The notes under the pieces were generated by a model. The model was not told where the DNA came from, did not search any database, and saw nothing but the letters and a program-made list of their open reading frames with translations. A program made the position numbers and the translations under genes. A DNA stretch of 63,938 bases, filler included, from Phoronis australis (Eukaryota > Animalia > Phoronida): assembly GCA_002633005.1 (NCBI GenBank). It is 7 parts of 7 records of this genome, joined end to end, with 100 filler letters (N's around TTAATTAATTAA, not from the genome) between each part and the next. Parts side by side here need not be neighbours in the genome. Positions count along the whole stretch, not along the records: positions 9,093 to 14,486 come from NMRA01000001.1; positions 14,587 to 33,243 come from NMRA01000165.1; 5 more parts are not named here. One strand, 5' to 3'. Shown here piece after piece: positions 12,985-25,850 of this stretch. Positions within the stretch are counted from its first letter, which is position 1, and each line of letters begins with the position of its first letter.

Positions 12985-14859
12985 TAATCTCATCTACTAC
13001 ATTAGGAAAATCATACACTAACAGGATTTGCATCCAAGTGGATGAGAAAACAGAGTCCTTGATATAAAGGCTTGGGTGCCCTCACAGATTGAAGTGGGCC
13101 AGTGGCTCCAGGGGCTTGGCTGGAGATGCTGGAACAGGTAATTGTGCTCCTTCTACAAACAGGCCTATTTAGCCTATGAGCTTCAAAGTCAAAAAACAAA
13201 CAATAAGTAAGGATGAGGACAGACATGGCAGTTTTTAAAATTGAAAAGTAAATAGTATCTGTCTTTGAATTTTTAAAACTTGATGCATAAGAGAAATTAC
13301 CGAAGAGTTCTTAACAATCTTCAGAATCACGGATAAGTCAGGAATAGATTAGGACGGGTTGTCACAGTCTGGCTCAGGCTCGCATAAGCGTTGGGGTAAC
13401 ACAACCCCAAATGTTAGTGTAGGAGTTGTCTCATGAGTACGTTCAGTCAAGACCATGAGTAGCAATTAGCTCACTTCAATCTGTGATGGCACAATCTAGC
13501 CTGAGTTTGATGCGCTGAGGAATTTGTTGAGAACTCTGGATAAATGGTGCACGCTTTCTCGTCCATTTGCTTGCAAATCCCGTTAGTGTTAGAGTTGCCA
13601 AATGACTAACGTGAGCTTTGAAAGGGCGAACAGTGGGCAACTATGTAATCATGCCCATTCCCAAAAATATTCATGAGATCAAACAACTTTTTACTATTTC
13701 AACAGAGATTACTACCTAGCACCAACTTCTGCTGTTCAAAGTAGAGTTAATGTTTTGCCTCTTTTATTGAAAGGAAAATTGGTCGTGCAGATGACAGACG
13801 AAAATTATAAAAAATAGTGAAAGGTACCTTTTGTTAAGTTGTTTATCAACACATCAAATTCATTCGTAATCTGAAATTAACACACCTGTCAGCGAAACTA
13901 CAACATACCTGGTATATCTACCAACTGAGTAGCTAGTTAAGTGTACATTTTACGCACCTTCCAAATTATTTAAATCTGATATGAATCCATGAAGGGATAC
14001 TACACTTCAGACCACTCACATTCATGCATTGGGGCCTTGACTCATTCTATAGTCAGATTAGAAATGCGGAGGCACATTATACTGTATGTGCTGCCATAAC
14101 ATTAGCCAACTGTGAAGCATGCTCTGATTAGCAATGACACTTAATTGTCAGTTCTCTGCAGGACTATTGACTGAGCCAGTTTCACCTTCATTATGGATAA
14201 GCATCTACCAGTTTGTGGAATTGTTATGTTCCCCTGCCAAACTTAAATGTTGGATGAATCAAAAGTCAAACTGAATCCAAGCCAGACTGATGCTAATTAG
14301 CATTTAATGCTTGGTGATTGACACATCAAACATTTAGTCTGCCAGGGTGATTGACATCAAACCTTTAGTCTGCCAGGTGAGTTTGTTAGCTTTTTATTAG
14401 TTCAAGGTATGCATGAATGTTTGCATCTGGTGGATATTGATTCAGTTTCAGGCAATCATTCATGGTGCAGCTGAGGGTTGAGATTTNNNNNNNNNNNNNN
14501 NNNNNNNNNNNNNNNNNNNNNNNNNNNNNNTTAATTAATTAANNNNNNNNNNNNNNNNNNNNNNNNNNNNNNNNNNNNNNNNNNNNAAGCTTTACTTCTT
14601 GAGTTCCTCACCCAGTCCCGAAAATGTCTTAAGAAATATGTAACAGCTTATCACATCACATCTCTGTTGCTAATTTAGTCTTGACATAAAACCCATTGCT
14701 GTGTAGGCCTACGCTGATGTCAAACTTTAATACTGTATCTTTGTATTTTACTGGGATGTATCAAGTGAGTTGACATTTGGCACGTGAGTTAAAAAACAAT
14801 ACTTGTGCAGGCATTCAGAGTTCACCAGTGGCAGTGAACGGGACGAGACATCTACTTAG

Positions 14860-15065
14860 AGATCGGCAAAATCGTACTCGAAATATAGATGAGATACACC
14901 TCAGTTCGAGTACACTCGAAAACTGAGTACGTGCTCGAAATTTCGAGTACAGATTTTTCGAGTATGACATTGAACACACCAAAGCTGAGTCTGTACTCGA
15001 GTTGAGTATGAAGTGTGAGTTTGAGCATGATTCGAGTCTGAGTACGGAGATTGGAGACCGGGCCC
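14860..15065. mobile_element. Partial MITE of the GGGCCC-terminus family
   Basis: Ends gattggagaccgggccc like the copy ending at 40176; many ctcga/tcgag repeats. Confidence 0.6.
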
Positions 15066-15069
15066 AGAT

Positions 15070-15867
15070 CCCTCCAAAAGTCATCCTAGTCGCCTGTTGT
15101 CAATTTTATATAAATTTACATTCTAAATTTAGTAAACATCCTTCAGAGTGTTTAAGACATACAGCCATGAGCGCAAAAAAAAAACGAAACTGGCACTGCA
15201 AGGGGCCACCATAGTCGAAGTCGTCGGGAACATCATCAGCTGCCCTCTTCATAGTAAAAACATGAATGCCAATTTTCACAACCATCCATAGAGTGGTTGG
15301 GTTGATAGAGGGGCGGACGCCAAAATCAGATCCGAAAACAATAAAAATAGCCACTGGGTGGTGCAAAATACATCGAATCTATCTAAAAACGGGAGGCAGC
15401 ATCATCTCACTAATAGATGCCAATAAGCCAAATTTTATGAAAATCCGTTGAGGAACACCAAAGATACAGAGGCAAGCATAAAAAACTAAAATTGCCTCTA
15501 GGAGACACACCAGCAGTCGGAGAGGTCCAAAATTCGTAGTCATCCGTCGTCAGTGTAATAGGAACATATCAGCCAAATCTCATCAAGATCATCACGTGAG
15601 GGTTCTGAGAGATATAGCTGCAGACGTCGGACACCGGACGTACAGACAGAGACGATGGCAATTTACGACTACATATGAATATGTGGGCATATAAAAATTG
15701 CCCTAGGGGACACAGCGGTAGTCGGAGCTCGGTCCGTTGTCAGCTACATAGAAACACATCTACCAAATCTCATCAAGATCCTGTGATGGGTTTAGCAGAT
15801 TCAGCTGTGGACACAGGATGCAGATGATGGCAATATGCTACCATATATAAATATGTGGGCGCATAAT
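15070..15867 (+). mobile_element. 5'-truncated Helentron-like non-autonomous repeat (HINE/DINE-1 type)
   Basis: Homologous to 59625-61492; degenerate ~150-bp subunits, GACG/GACA microsatellite and terminal hairpin ...atataaatatgtgggcgcataa. Confidence 0.65.
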
Positions 15868-18419
15868 AATGAAAATTGGTGTGGATTTTTTAAATCAGTC
15901 AAGTGTAGCCTAGAATTAGGAAAACATGTATATCATGTTCTATTTATTATGAAAAAAAATTCATGTTGAAAGAGCACCACTTGACAATGTACGTATCTTT
16001 AACTCGACTGCAAGTAGTGCGACCACATATTTGTTTCTTGTCAAATATGATCAAATCTTGGTAACCTGAAACAGCGGATCCCAGTTTCGGAATTAGTCAA
16101 TTGTCCTTAGAAGGGAAACCAGTTTCACAACCACGTGTACTTACTACTATGATAGAGACATCTAAACCACACAATGACATCGCCACAAGTTTAACCTCCA
16201 CCCTCTCCCAGTCATCAATCTTCATCATTCCAAACCCCCCCTCGAGTGGCGATGTTGTATGTGAATGCTCCCCAAACAAGTGCATTGCCAGCCACAACTG
16301 CAATTTGAACCATAATATTGAAAGACTTTGTGGTGGGCCTTGCTGGGTTCTCCGACTTATATTTATTCAGTGACTAGAAAGTTAATTGTTCAACGGAGTG
16401 TTCATGTATCAAACAGCTGGATCAGTTAGACATCTAGACAGTGACCAACATATGACATCAATTACGCAAATAGGTCCAAAGCTAGCTATCAAGAAATTTT
16501 GGCAGTGCCGAAAATCTGACGTGATAGAAAATGATTTTACATCTGCAGATCAGTAAAAACTTACTGTTCGGTAGCAACATCACCCATAACAAAGCTTCAA
16601 TCTTGTCTGAAAAAGCTTATCAAGTCACCTGAAACACACAGGTAAAATATAAACTCATTAAAGATGTATTTACATGCTCCTAACTGTGCTAATGTATACC
16701 AGGAACTATAAACAACAATGCTATTTTAACATAATCTATGCTAAACAAAGCGTAGTTGTATTCATTGACAATTTGTAAGTGTAAAAACAAAAAGAATATC
16801 CAAATAGGTGATTTTTGCGCTAATAATGCTCACATAGCCCACATCAGCAGTCCACCAGAACCACAACGCAATACTAACTAGGCTGGACATGGTTTAGTGA
16901 TTTGCTACAGGTCATTTTCGTCACCAAATTCGATCGTTCTTAAAAACATTTAGCAATTATGTTCAAGCTAAAAAATTCATATTCACATTGTCGCTGTACA
17001 CTGATTTTGTAGCATTTCGCCAAGCAATCACAGAGATTAGTAAATATATAGCCTGCGATTTCCAATTTCTCTTTGAAAGAGGCTTGAACAATATGAGGGA
17101 TTGTTGATTCCAATCCCAAGCACAAAGTGAAGTTCAGGGACCATAGCTGGCTGCTCCTCTAGCGTCAATCTTCACTTCAATGGAAGAGACACGTGATCCA
17201 AGTTCGACACAAGCACCAAGATTTTATTTTCCAACTTTTATCATCCTCAACTTAATTTTTATTAAGGAATTACAAGAAGTTTTATAGCTAATGTATTCAA
17301 CTTGAAAAATATATGAGAAACAATGCCTTCGCTTTTATTTCAACTGAAGCTGGTGCATAATTATTTTGAGCTTTTTGCTTCTAATCAAGATCACGGAACT
17401 AGCAGGTCACTGGAAAAGTGCAGTGAAAGTTTGTCAAAGAATGAGGATCTAATTACCAATCACATAAAGTTCTTAACTTTTCTGTATTAGCAGTTAAAAC
17501 ATGAAAGTTGAAGACAAAGCGTTGAATTTCATTACTCTGCCACAAAGTCTTCAGTTATTCAAAGAAGTCAAGTGGCTAGGCAATGACCATCGCCTCTGTT
17601 GGCCCGAACCAGAGGCGATGCAGAGGCTATAGGCGCTCTGTACGCCGGAAGCTTTTCGGCGAATTATGCCTCGCACCGACTAAACCATCAAAGTCACGTT
17701 GTTATAAATACCTTTTGCGCATAGAGGAACACCTTAGGATGTTGTCGATGTGTTTAATTTCTTCCAACTCGAACAAATACTCCTGTTATGAAACTTTTTC
17801 TTCGAGCAGTCCCTATTTCAGTTCCCAAAATCGTGAAATCAACTTTTTCATTTTTTAACCAGGCCGAAGGTCAGAAGTTGCGGACCTACCGGCGAACTTT
17901 GAAAGCTGAAGTTCCCGCCCTTCGCGTACGTGCTGCCGGGAACCAGCCTTGCATTTGCCGTGTTGTTAAACATTAAAATGTCAAATATGTGCACAAAGAC
18001 TATTAATATATGTCATATCAACAGCATTTATTTTTATCAAATACAAACAATAATTCATTGAAATACAATCAGTTTCAAGTAACACCAATTAAAGACAAGT
18101 ATAAGTGGTGGCATTTTGGAAACGAACATTTGACTGACAAGACCGCAATGGCTCACTTTGGCCTATTTAAAGATTGAGGTCATGAAGTCACATCACCTAG
18201 CGAGCGCGGTAAAAATTGGAGCGTGCGCAGTATAAAAATGGTGAGTTCACGATTTTGGGAACTGAAATAGGGACTGCTCCAAGAAAAAGTTTGATAATGG
18301 GAGTATTTGTTCGAGTTGGAAGGAATTAAACACATCGGCAACCTCCTCAGGTGTTCCTCAGTCTATGTGCAAAAGGTATTTCATAACGTGACTTTGATGG
18401 TACCCCTGCGAAATGTACC

Positions 18420-19120
18420 TCGGTTAACCATGGTTAACCATGGTTGACCATGGCTGTACAACCATGGTTGACCATGGTTTTAACATTTCGCGTTAAGTTG
18501 AAACCATGGTGGACTATGGTTGGCAACCATGGTTGACCATGCTTCACAACCATGGTTTTCAACCATGGATACTAACCATGGTTAACCGTGGCTAACAACC
18601 ATGGTTGACCATGCTTCACAACCATGCTATGAGACAACTTAACGCGAAATGTTAAAACCATGGTTGACCATGGTTACCAACCATGGTGTAGAACCATGGT
18701 TGACCATGGTTACCAACCATGGTGTAGAACCATGGTTGACCATGGTTACCAACCATGGTGTAGAACCATGGTTGACCATGGTTACCAACCATGGTGTAGA
18801 ACCATGGTTGACCATGGTTACCAACCATGGTATAGAGCCATGGTTGACCATGGTTAACGAGACAACTTAACGCGAAATGTTGAAACCATGGTTGACCATG
18901 GTTACCAACCATGGTGTAGAATCATGGTTACCTTGGTTGACAATGGTTAAAAATCATGATTGACCATGGTTAAAAATCATGGCTGACCATGGTTACTAAT
19001 CATGGGTTACCATGGTAACTAACAACGGTTCAGCATTGCTTGGCATGGTTATTAAGCGTGATCAACAATGGTTAGCAAGCATGGTCAAATATGGTTAGTA
19101 AGCATGGTTAACTGTGGTCA
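18420..19120. repeat. Left subterminal array of ACCATGGT palindromes, including ~5 copies of a 36-bp unit
   Basis: accatggttgaccatggttaccaaccatggtgtaga repeated over ~18657-18850. Confidence 0.92.
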
Positions 19121-21494
19121 TAAAGTCATGCATGTGAACTGACAATTACAGGCATCGATTAAAGTCCACTATACAATGACATACACCACGTAAGCAAATT
19201 ACCTGTTCAGTTTCAAGTGGAATAACTCAACCTCATCAAATTACGTTAGCAAGGTCTAACTCACTAAAAGGTTCCAATTCCCAACTTAACTTGAAATTTT
19301 GAAAACAAGTGTTTGCATTCAACATAATACATCTATTTCTTCATTTAGACTTGGACAAAGACAATATTAACCACTTAGAACAATGGACTCTTTCAATGTT
19401 AAAAATAGCACCTTAATGTTATAAAGCAAATCTTAAATTGAAAGAACTGCAAGATTTTGTAAAATATATGGCACCAACAACTTTCTGCTTTGACACTGAG
19501 CATCAACATGAAGAACCAAAACTTACAACAATTGGTAAAACAATTCAAAATTATAATTGACATTTCCCAAAATATTTCTGTGCAAAACGTGAAATATGTT
19601 TTGCTTAGCGTGTAAAGTACTTTATAAATACAACAAAGTGTTCCTATTCACATTTACAAAACTGTGAGTCCATCTTGACTTTGCTAGAAGGATATTCATT
19701 TTTTAACAATTGTCCCACTTCAAAGTTATGGATTTTTTAACTTATACTTTTTGTACTGCTTGCGCTTTTGCAGTTATGTCTTCTAGGTCCAGGTGAAAAC
19801 CGTCTTTCCTGTCAGAGCAAAAAAGTCCATACAATATGTCCACACATTTGGCTTTTGATAGTATGTGTTATGAGGCACAGGGGGTGTAAAGAGCTGCAGC
19901 AGCAAAATATTGGCTGTCAGAAAACCAGAATCGAAGTGTGACTCCAAATCCTTAAATACAGGCTATTCAAGGTCTAATCAGCACTTGGGGTCCACACTTT
20001 TTAGAATATAGACTTGTCACCCTCCATTGACTTTTGCCCACCAAAGGAATTGAGGACTGTCACAGTAGTGTTGGTGGTGGTGGTTGGCTCTCAAGTACTT
20101 TCATTCGCCATCTGAGTTTTTCACTTCATCATTCATGTTTTCAAAGTCTTCTGTTATACTAAAGAAAAATTGAGAAAAGTCCAGTTAGATGAGATCAAGT
20201 AAATGAATAGGATTTTTTTTCATTTTTGATTCGAAAATACAGAAATTCTTTCTTAGTTAATCAGCTATAACTTACGAACAATTAACATTTTGATTAAGAG
20301 CATTAATAAGGATGATTGTGCTAAAATCCGCTGCATCTTATGAAATTCCAGAAAAAGGAAAACTTCCAAAAAGCTTTTTTCCCTGACGCAAAAAGCAATC
20401 AGTAGAAAGCACGGACAACAATGCCAATTCAACGTAATTTTCTCATCACATGATTTCAAAATCCATGGTTTTTTAATTCAACAGCAGTTTTCACTTGTTC
20501 TGGATACCAGAAACAGAAAAAATGTATGTGAGGCCACTTATTTAATTCTCTGTTAAAGCTCATAGGGATTAAAAAAATTCAAAAAAAATGAATGGAAACT
20601 TTGAAGTACTTACGGTCACTAATAGACTTTCTCAAGTCAATTTCACTACAGGCTATTAATCCTCACTGGAGTTGCACAGGGGTCAATGTTTGCTCCATTT
20701 TCCTTCCTCATTTATGTCAGCCAATCTTGAGATCTGTGCTGGCTGGTGACACTATACCATTTGTCCCACTGTGCTTTCAGCTCAAACTTCATGACTCTAT
20801 AATTTATGTAGTGTGGCTCATGAAGAACAGAACCCAGGCAGCTGACCTCTGGCCATGGCAAACCTCTATAATACACAATGCATCTCTTAGTCTTGTGTCT
20901 ATTTCAATAATAAGTGACAGTTTAACCAAAATAAAAAAATAGTTCGCTTTGAATTAGACGGTGATGTTAGAATGATGACAAGATAATAAAAACAAATGAT
21001 TAAAGCAAGTGAAATATGTTAGGTTAAAACATGACAACTGACAATGTTTTGGAAGCTACGTGCATGGTTGTTTCTNAAACCCTTAGGGCATAACAATTAG
21101 GAGTTTAACATTTAGCTTCAGTTGACAGCCAAATGATTTTGGACAATGCATCTGGTGGGGATATTTTTTAAAGTTCAGGTAAGCATTACTTTCTGTAGGC
21201 CAGTCACTTATATGTTGAATGATCATAATACATGCACATTTGTTTAGATATAGTCAAATATTTTTCATGTGGCTTTTGTTGTGTTAGAACAATTCCATTT
21301 AATATGTTAATGAATTTCTCACAGTTTTCACCTCCCTGACCTTTTTGATTGTTTTTATTTGGCAAATTCAATTTTGGCCAGTATTTTCCATTTCATTTTT
21401 TAGGCACGACCCAAACTATTTGACTACTCTCAGTGTTCAAGAGTGTCATATGTGTAACCTGATCTCATAAACAAGACCTGCTAGTTGGGATGAG

Positions 21495-21975
21495 TTTGAC
21501 CATAGGCAAAGCATGGTCAGCCATGGTTGTCCTTCACTGGGAAAGGCGATCGCGGTTGACCATATTTCTGAGCATGGTTGACCATGGTTGAAAGCAAGGC
21601 AACAATGGTTGACTATGGTTTGATGCCCAGTCAACCATGGTTGTCCATTTTAGAAATGGGCAACCATGGTTGACCGTGGTTTGACAGTGGTTCGACCATG
21701 GTTGACTATGGTCAGAAGCATAGTCAACCATGGTTGACCATTTTAGAAATGGGCATACCATGGTTGACCGTGGTTTGACAGTGGTTCGACCATGGTTGAC
21801 CATGGTCAGAAGCATAGTCAACCATGGTTGGCCATTTCTGGAAAAGGTAACCATGGTTGACAATGGTTTGACTGTGGTTGACCATGGTCAGAAGCATGGT
21901 CAAGCACGGTCAACCTTGGTTTAACCATGGTTGACTGTGCTTTACCGTGCTTAACCATGGTCAACCATGGTAACA
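21495..21975. repeat. Right subterminal array of ACCATGGT palindromes with ~93-bp higher-order repeats
   Basis: ccatggttgaccgtggtttgacagtggttcgaccatggttgac...cagaagcatagtcaaccatgg block repeated. Confidence 0.9.
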
Positions 21976-23229
21976 TTTCGCAGGGGTTTGTCGGTGCGAG
22001 GCATAATTCGCCGAAAAGCTTCCGGCGTACAGAGCGCCTATAGCCTCTGCATCGCCTCTGGTTCGGGCCAACAGAGGCGATGGTCATTGCCTATCAAGTG
22101 GCGTGACCTAGCTCTTTCCAAATACATGATTTGAATGTCACATGACATTTGCTTACATCTCAGGTATAAAAACTTTTTTAACCGCTACCAAGAGTGATTT
22201 TGGGCAAAAATTCAGAAGAAAGGTTTCTTCTCATTTGCTTTCATGGAAATTTACTGTAGCCAGTGAGTGTAGGGCGTCGCACCCATTCATTACCTCATTG
22301 CTACATACCTCCTTTTTCTAAGAAAAACCACGACGGCATCGCTGAGAACAAAGTCACGGTAAATGTGCAAATTTATATGAAGGAAATTTTTAAATTAAAA
22401 AACACAGCAAAATAAGGAATTGTCCCTCCCGAAAGTACTCGCAAAAAGTATCATTTTAGCACAACAAAAGTCGGCCCACCGCCTACTGTACTACTAGTCG
22501 ACGAAGGTCATATTTCAAAGAATTCAATCCAGCAAGACCAGAGCTAACTGTAACAGTAAACCACCATCTCCTGGGTGGATAAACATTGAGGATTAAGAGT
22601 TTTACAAATTTAACGATCGTTTTCCATAAATTTACTATGTGCACTTACTGGAGATCAGCTGTCTTCACGAAGTTAACATCTACGTGACCATAGCCTACTT
22701 TATTGAAGTCTACTCATAGCCCTAATCTAGGAACCATGATGTTGCTGTGCGTGAACTTTAATCTCAAGATTAAAGTCCTTCTCTCAAACTGCCCATGTGG
22801 TTCCAGTATCCGAAAATACTTACTACATAAAATCTTATTTTCGACACCCTTTCTTTATATTCTTTTCGCCTTTGTTGCCAAAAACGATTTTTTAACAGTA
22901 TTTGACCCTTCTCTGTGAGCGTATAATTACCGGACGGGGAAAACCTGTGCCGGTGAAAAACCTTGGCTAAGGCACCTTAGTGCGCATGCGCGGAAATGGG
23001 CAAATCTTTTTCCCGTCGTCGAGACGGGAAAAACAATTGCCGGGAAAAACCTTTGCTCTGGTTGAGCCTTATTGCGTGTGTTTTAAAATTTGATCAAATG
23101 TTAATGCGGTGTTTGTAGACTTAATATTGCAACTATTTACTGCTCTTATGTTTCAAGTGTTGGCTTATTTTGTGGTAAGATAAGGACAACGACGGCATCA
23201 TAACGTGCAACGGGAGTGAGTGTCGGTCT

Positions 23230-24055
23230 CGGGAAATACATTTGCCATATTACGGCTAGTCAAAGTTCGTTTAATAATAGTGGTCAAGACTGAAGCTCAA
23301 GTGTCGGGAAATATCTTTGCTCTGCGAAGTGCATTCGCCTCTTCATCCAAATATTGCCATTCATAGAATCGCCGTACTAGCAAACTAATTTCCCCGGCCG
23401 CAACGGAATGTCCTGGGAAATACATTTGCCATACTACGGCTAGTCAAAGTTTAATAACTTACTTAGATTATTTGCATTGCAAATATCCCGTGATGTAGTT
23501 AAGACAGGCAACTGCCTAGAAATGTATTTGTTCTAGTGCATGCAAGGCCAGGTCTCGAGTGAGCAAATCTTTTTCCCTTGGTCAAGACTGAAGCTCAAGT
23601 GTCGGGAAATATCCGTTTGCTCTGCGAAGTGCATTCGCCACTTCATCCAAATATTGCCATTCATAGAATCGCCGTACTAGCAAACTAATTTCCCGCAACG
23701 GAATGTCTTGGGAAATACATTTGCCATACTACGGCTAGTCAAAGTTTAATAACTTACTTAGATTGTTTGCATTGCAAATATCCCGTGATGTAGTTAAGAC
23801 AAGCAACTGCCTAGAAATGTATTTGTTCTAGTGCATGCAAGGCCAGGTCGAATGAGCAAATATTTTTCCCGTGGTCAAGACTGAAGCTCAAGTGTCGGGA
23901 AATATCTTTGCTCTGCGAAGTGCATTCGCCACTTCATCCAAATGTTGCCATTCATGGAATCGCCGTACTAGCAAACTTATTTCTCGCAACGGAATGTCCT
24001 GGGAAATACATTTGCCATACTACCGGGCCAGTCAAAGTTTAATAACTTACTTAGC
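23230..24055. repeat. Tandem array of ~295-bp units (2.6 copies plus a partial)
   Basis: tggtcaagactgaagctcaagtgtcgggaaat starts at 23281, 23579 and 23872. Confidence 0.92.
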
Positions 24056-24094
24056 ACATCACTCATAACCACCTGAGCAACAGATTTCAATTAA

Positions 24095-24565
24095 GCGACG
24101 AGTCTCCACATCAAACTACATGGTAAAGGTGGTCTCACGTGTACCAAGCTACGGGCCAATGAACTGCATGTACTACAATCTTACCAACCCCATGTGGCTG
24201 TACTCCATGTTGGTGGTAATAATTTGAGTATGTTACCTGTGGAGACAGTGCTGTATGACATCCTAGCATTGTTGAGCCTCCTGCACCATCAGCATGGCGT
24301 CAAGGTTATTGTTGCATGCTCAGTCCTGTACAGATACAACGTACCACATTTTACAGACAAGGCTGATGAGCTCAACCACAGATTAGAGACCACAGTGCGT
24401 GACCTCTCCTATGTCAAGTTTTGGAAACACCAAAGATTCCAGAACAATATGAAGCTAGTACACCGGGATCATGTGCACCTCAGCAAAGCAGGAAATGATA
24501 GTTTATACAGATCACTGAAGAGTGCCATAGTTCTTGGCTTGTCCAGTTTACAGGGACTTCAGTGA
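24095..24565 (+). CDS. SGNH/GDSL hydrolase-fold ORF, N-terminally truncated, probably retroelement-derived
   Basis: Open frame with HGKGGLT (block II-like), LHVGGNNL (block III GxN) and DHVH (block V DxxH); block I Ser not found; intronless. Confidence 0.75.
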   Translation, partial: ATSLHIKLHGKGGLTCTKLRANELHVLQSYQPHVAVLHVGGNNLSMLPVETVLYDILALLSLLHHQHGVKVIVACSVLYRYNVPHFTDKADELNHRLETTVRDLSYVKFWKHQRFQNNMKLVHRDHVHLSKAGNDSLYRSLKSAIVLGLSSLQGLQ

Positions 24566-24827
24566 ATACTGCACTTCAACAGCCCTTTTAAGGGCCACAG
24601 TGTGTAAAATAATTGTTTTCTTTGTCATTAATCCTTTGGACTTTATATGCAAGATTTAGTATAGATTCCAAACCAAAATGTGTGTTGTTTATGAGTTTGT
24701 ATGCCCTATGAACTAATGTCTTCGTTCAAACGTCAAACAATGTTACATCGGTCAAACGGTTTGCAGTCTTTCCTGTCGGTTATCTACGCATCTGGTTGAC
24801 TGGCATTATTTTTAAGATAACTGAACG

Positions 24828-25808
24828 GTGTTAAAGAAAACTCGAAAAAGGCAATCGTACATGCAGTTCTGTGAGTCTCTAAATGAGGAAAGGGGCAAAG
24901 GCCTTTGGCAGGCCTTTAAGAGGATTATAGGCACGGGCACTCGCAACCACCAGAGTGCAAAACCACAGATTTATGTCGGCAAAACTGCCTCCTCCGACCC
25001 AGACAAGGCTACACTGTTTTCCAAAACTTTAGAGGTCGAAACCTACAGAATGCAAGAAACGTCAGATCTTCTGCAATATGACAAAGCGCCTCGTAGACCA
25101 CGCAATGGTTCGAAACAAACCTGTTCAATACTCTTAATGCAATTACGCAAGAACGCGGAGATGATCACGAAATGCTTGCTGAAATAACGCCAATCGAGAT
25201 CATGCGAACACTTTCTGAGTGTAAGAAAAATAGTAGCTCAGGAAGCGATTCCATCTCCAAATGTTCGCTTAATTTCTCTCTATGAGAGACTAGCCGAGAT
25301 ATACAAAAGGTGCCTTGCTATCGGCCACTTTCCTTAACTGTGGAAAAGCGCACTGGGTGTGATGATACCCAAACCAGACAAAGATCACGCTAACCCGGGC
25401 AACTACCGCCTAATTAGTCTGTTATCACTAATTGGAAAAGGTTCGAACGAATCCTCACGAAGAGAATCAACGCGCAACTGGATTCCAAAGGCTTCTTTAA
25501 TAGCTGGCAAAGATCCTATACGAAAAATCATGAAGGAACAGAACACATCCATAGGCTGATATCAGAAGGCAAAGCGGCACTAGGCAACCACTTTTGCAGG
25601 GGCGCCATAATGTTGAGGAGAAGCTTTTGACTCTGTATGTGGCATGACGGCATGAGATACAAACTCTCCAAAATGGTCAGACTCCAGTCATCTTTCCTGA
25701 GAGACAGATGCATCTCGGCCAGACAGGGACAATCTGTTTCGCTAGCAGTTGAACACCAGCAGACACCCCCAGGGGTCCTTCCTCAGTCCGTTGCTATTCC
25801 TGATCCCA
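24828..25808 (+). pseudogene. Degenerate non-LTR (LINE) reverse transcriptase fragment
   Basis: Frameshifted motifs GHFP*LWKSA..VMIPKPDKD...NYRLISLLS.IGK and PQGSFLSPLLFLI. Confidence 0.85.
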
Positions 25809-25850
25809 TTTCTTAGAGATGGGTTTTGCACTCTGACGTGTTGGTTGTCA

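Larger units (their letters stand above)
18403..21986. mobile_element. Nested 3.6-kb TIR element with subterminal ACCATGGT arrays (CACTA/EnSpm-like, superfamily uncertain)
   Basis: TIR cccctgcgaaatgt...acatttcgcagggg interrupts the outer TIR; TSD ambiguous. Confidence 0.75.
17577..22093. mobile_element. Non-autonomous DNA transposon with ~260-bp TIRs and 9-bp TSD (Mutator/MULE-like); right TIR split by a nested element
   Basis: Perfect TSD TCAAGTGGC at 17568-17576 and 22094-22102; left TIR 17577-17838 is the reverse complement of 18246-18401 joined to 21987-22093. Confidence 0.85.

Noticed and set aside
18639-18912. Repetitive ORFs (MVNHGSTPWLVT)n on both strands, and similar ORFs at 21446-21924
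   Set aside because: Translation by-products of the 36-bp palindromic repeat, which lacks stops
18420-19120. CRISPR-like array (36-bp period, palindromic)
   Set aside because: Units are head-to-tail with no unique spacers, there are no cas genes, and the context is a eukaryotic transposon
17583-22087. Two ORFs with the same N-terminus MTIASVGPNQRR
   Set aside because: They are the two TIRs of one element read inward
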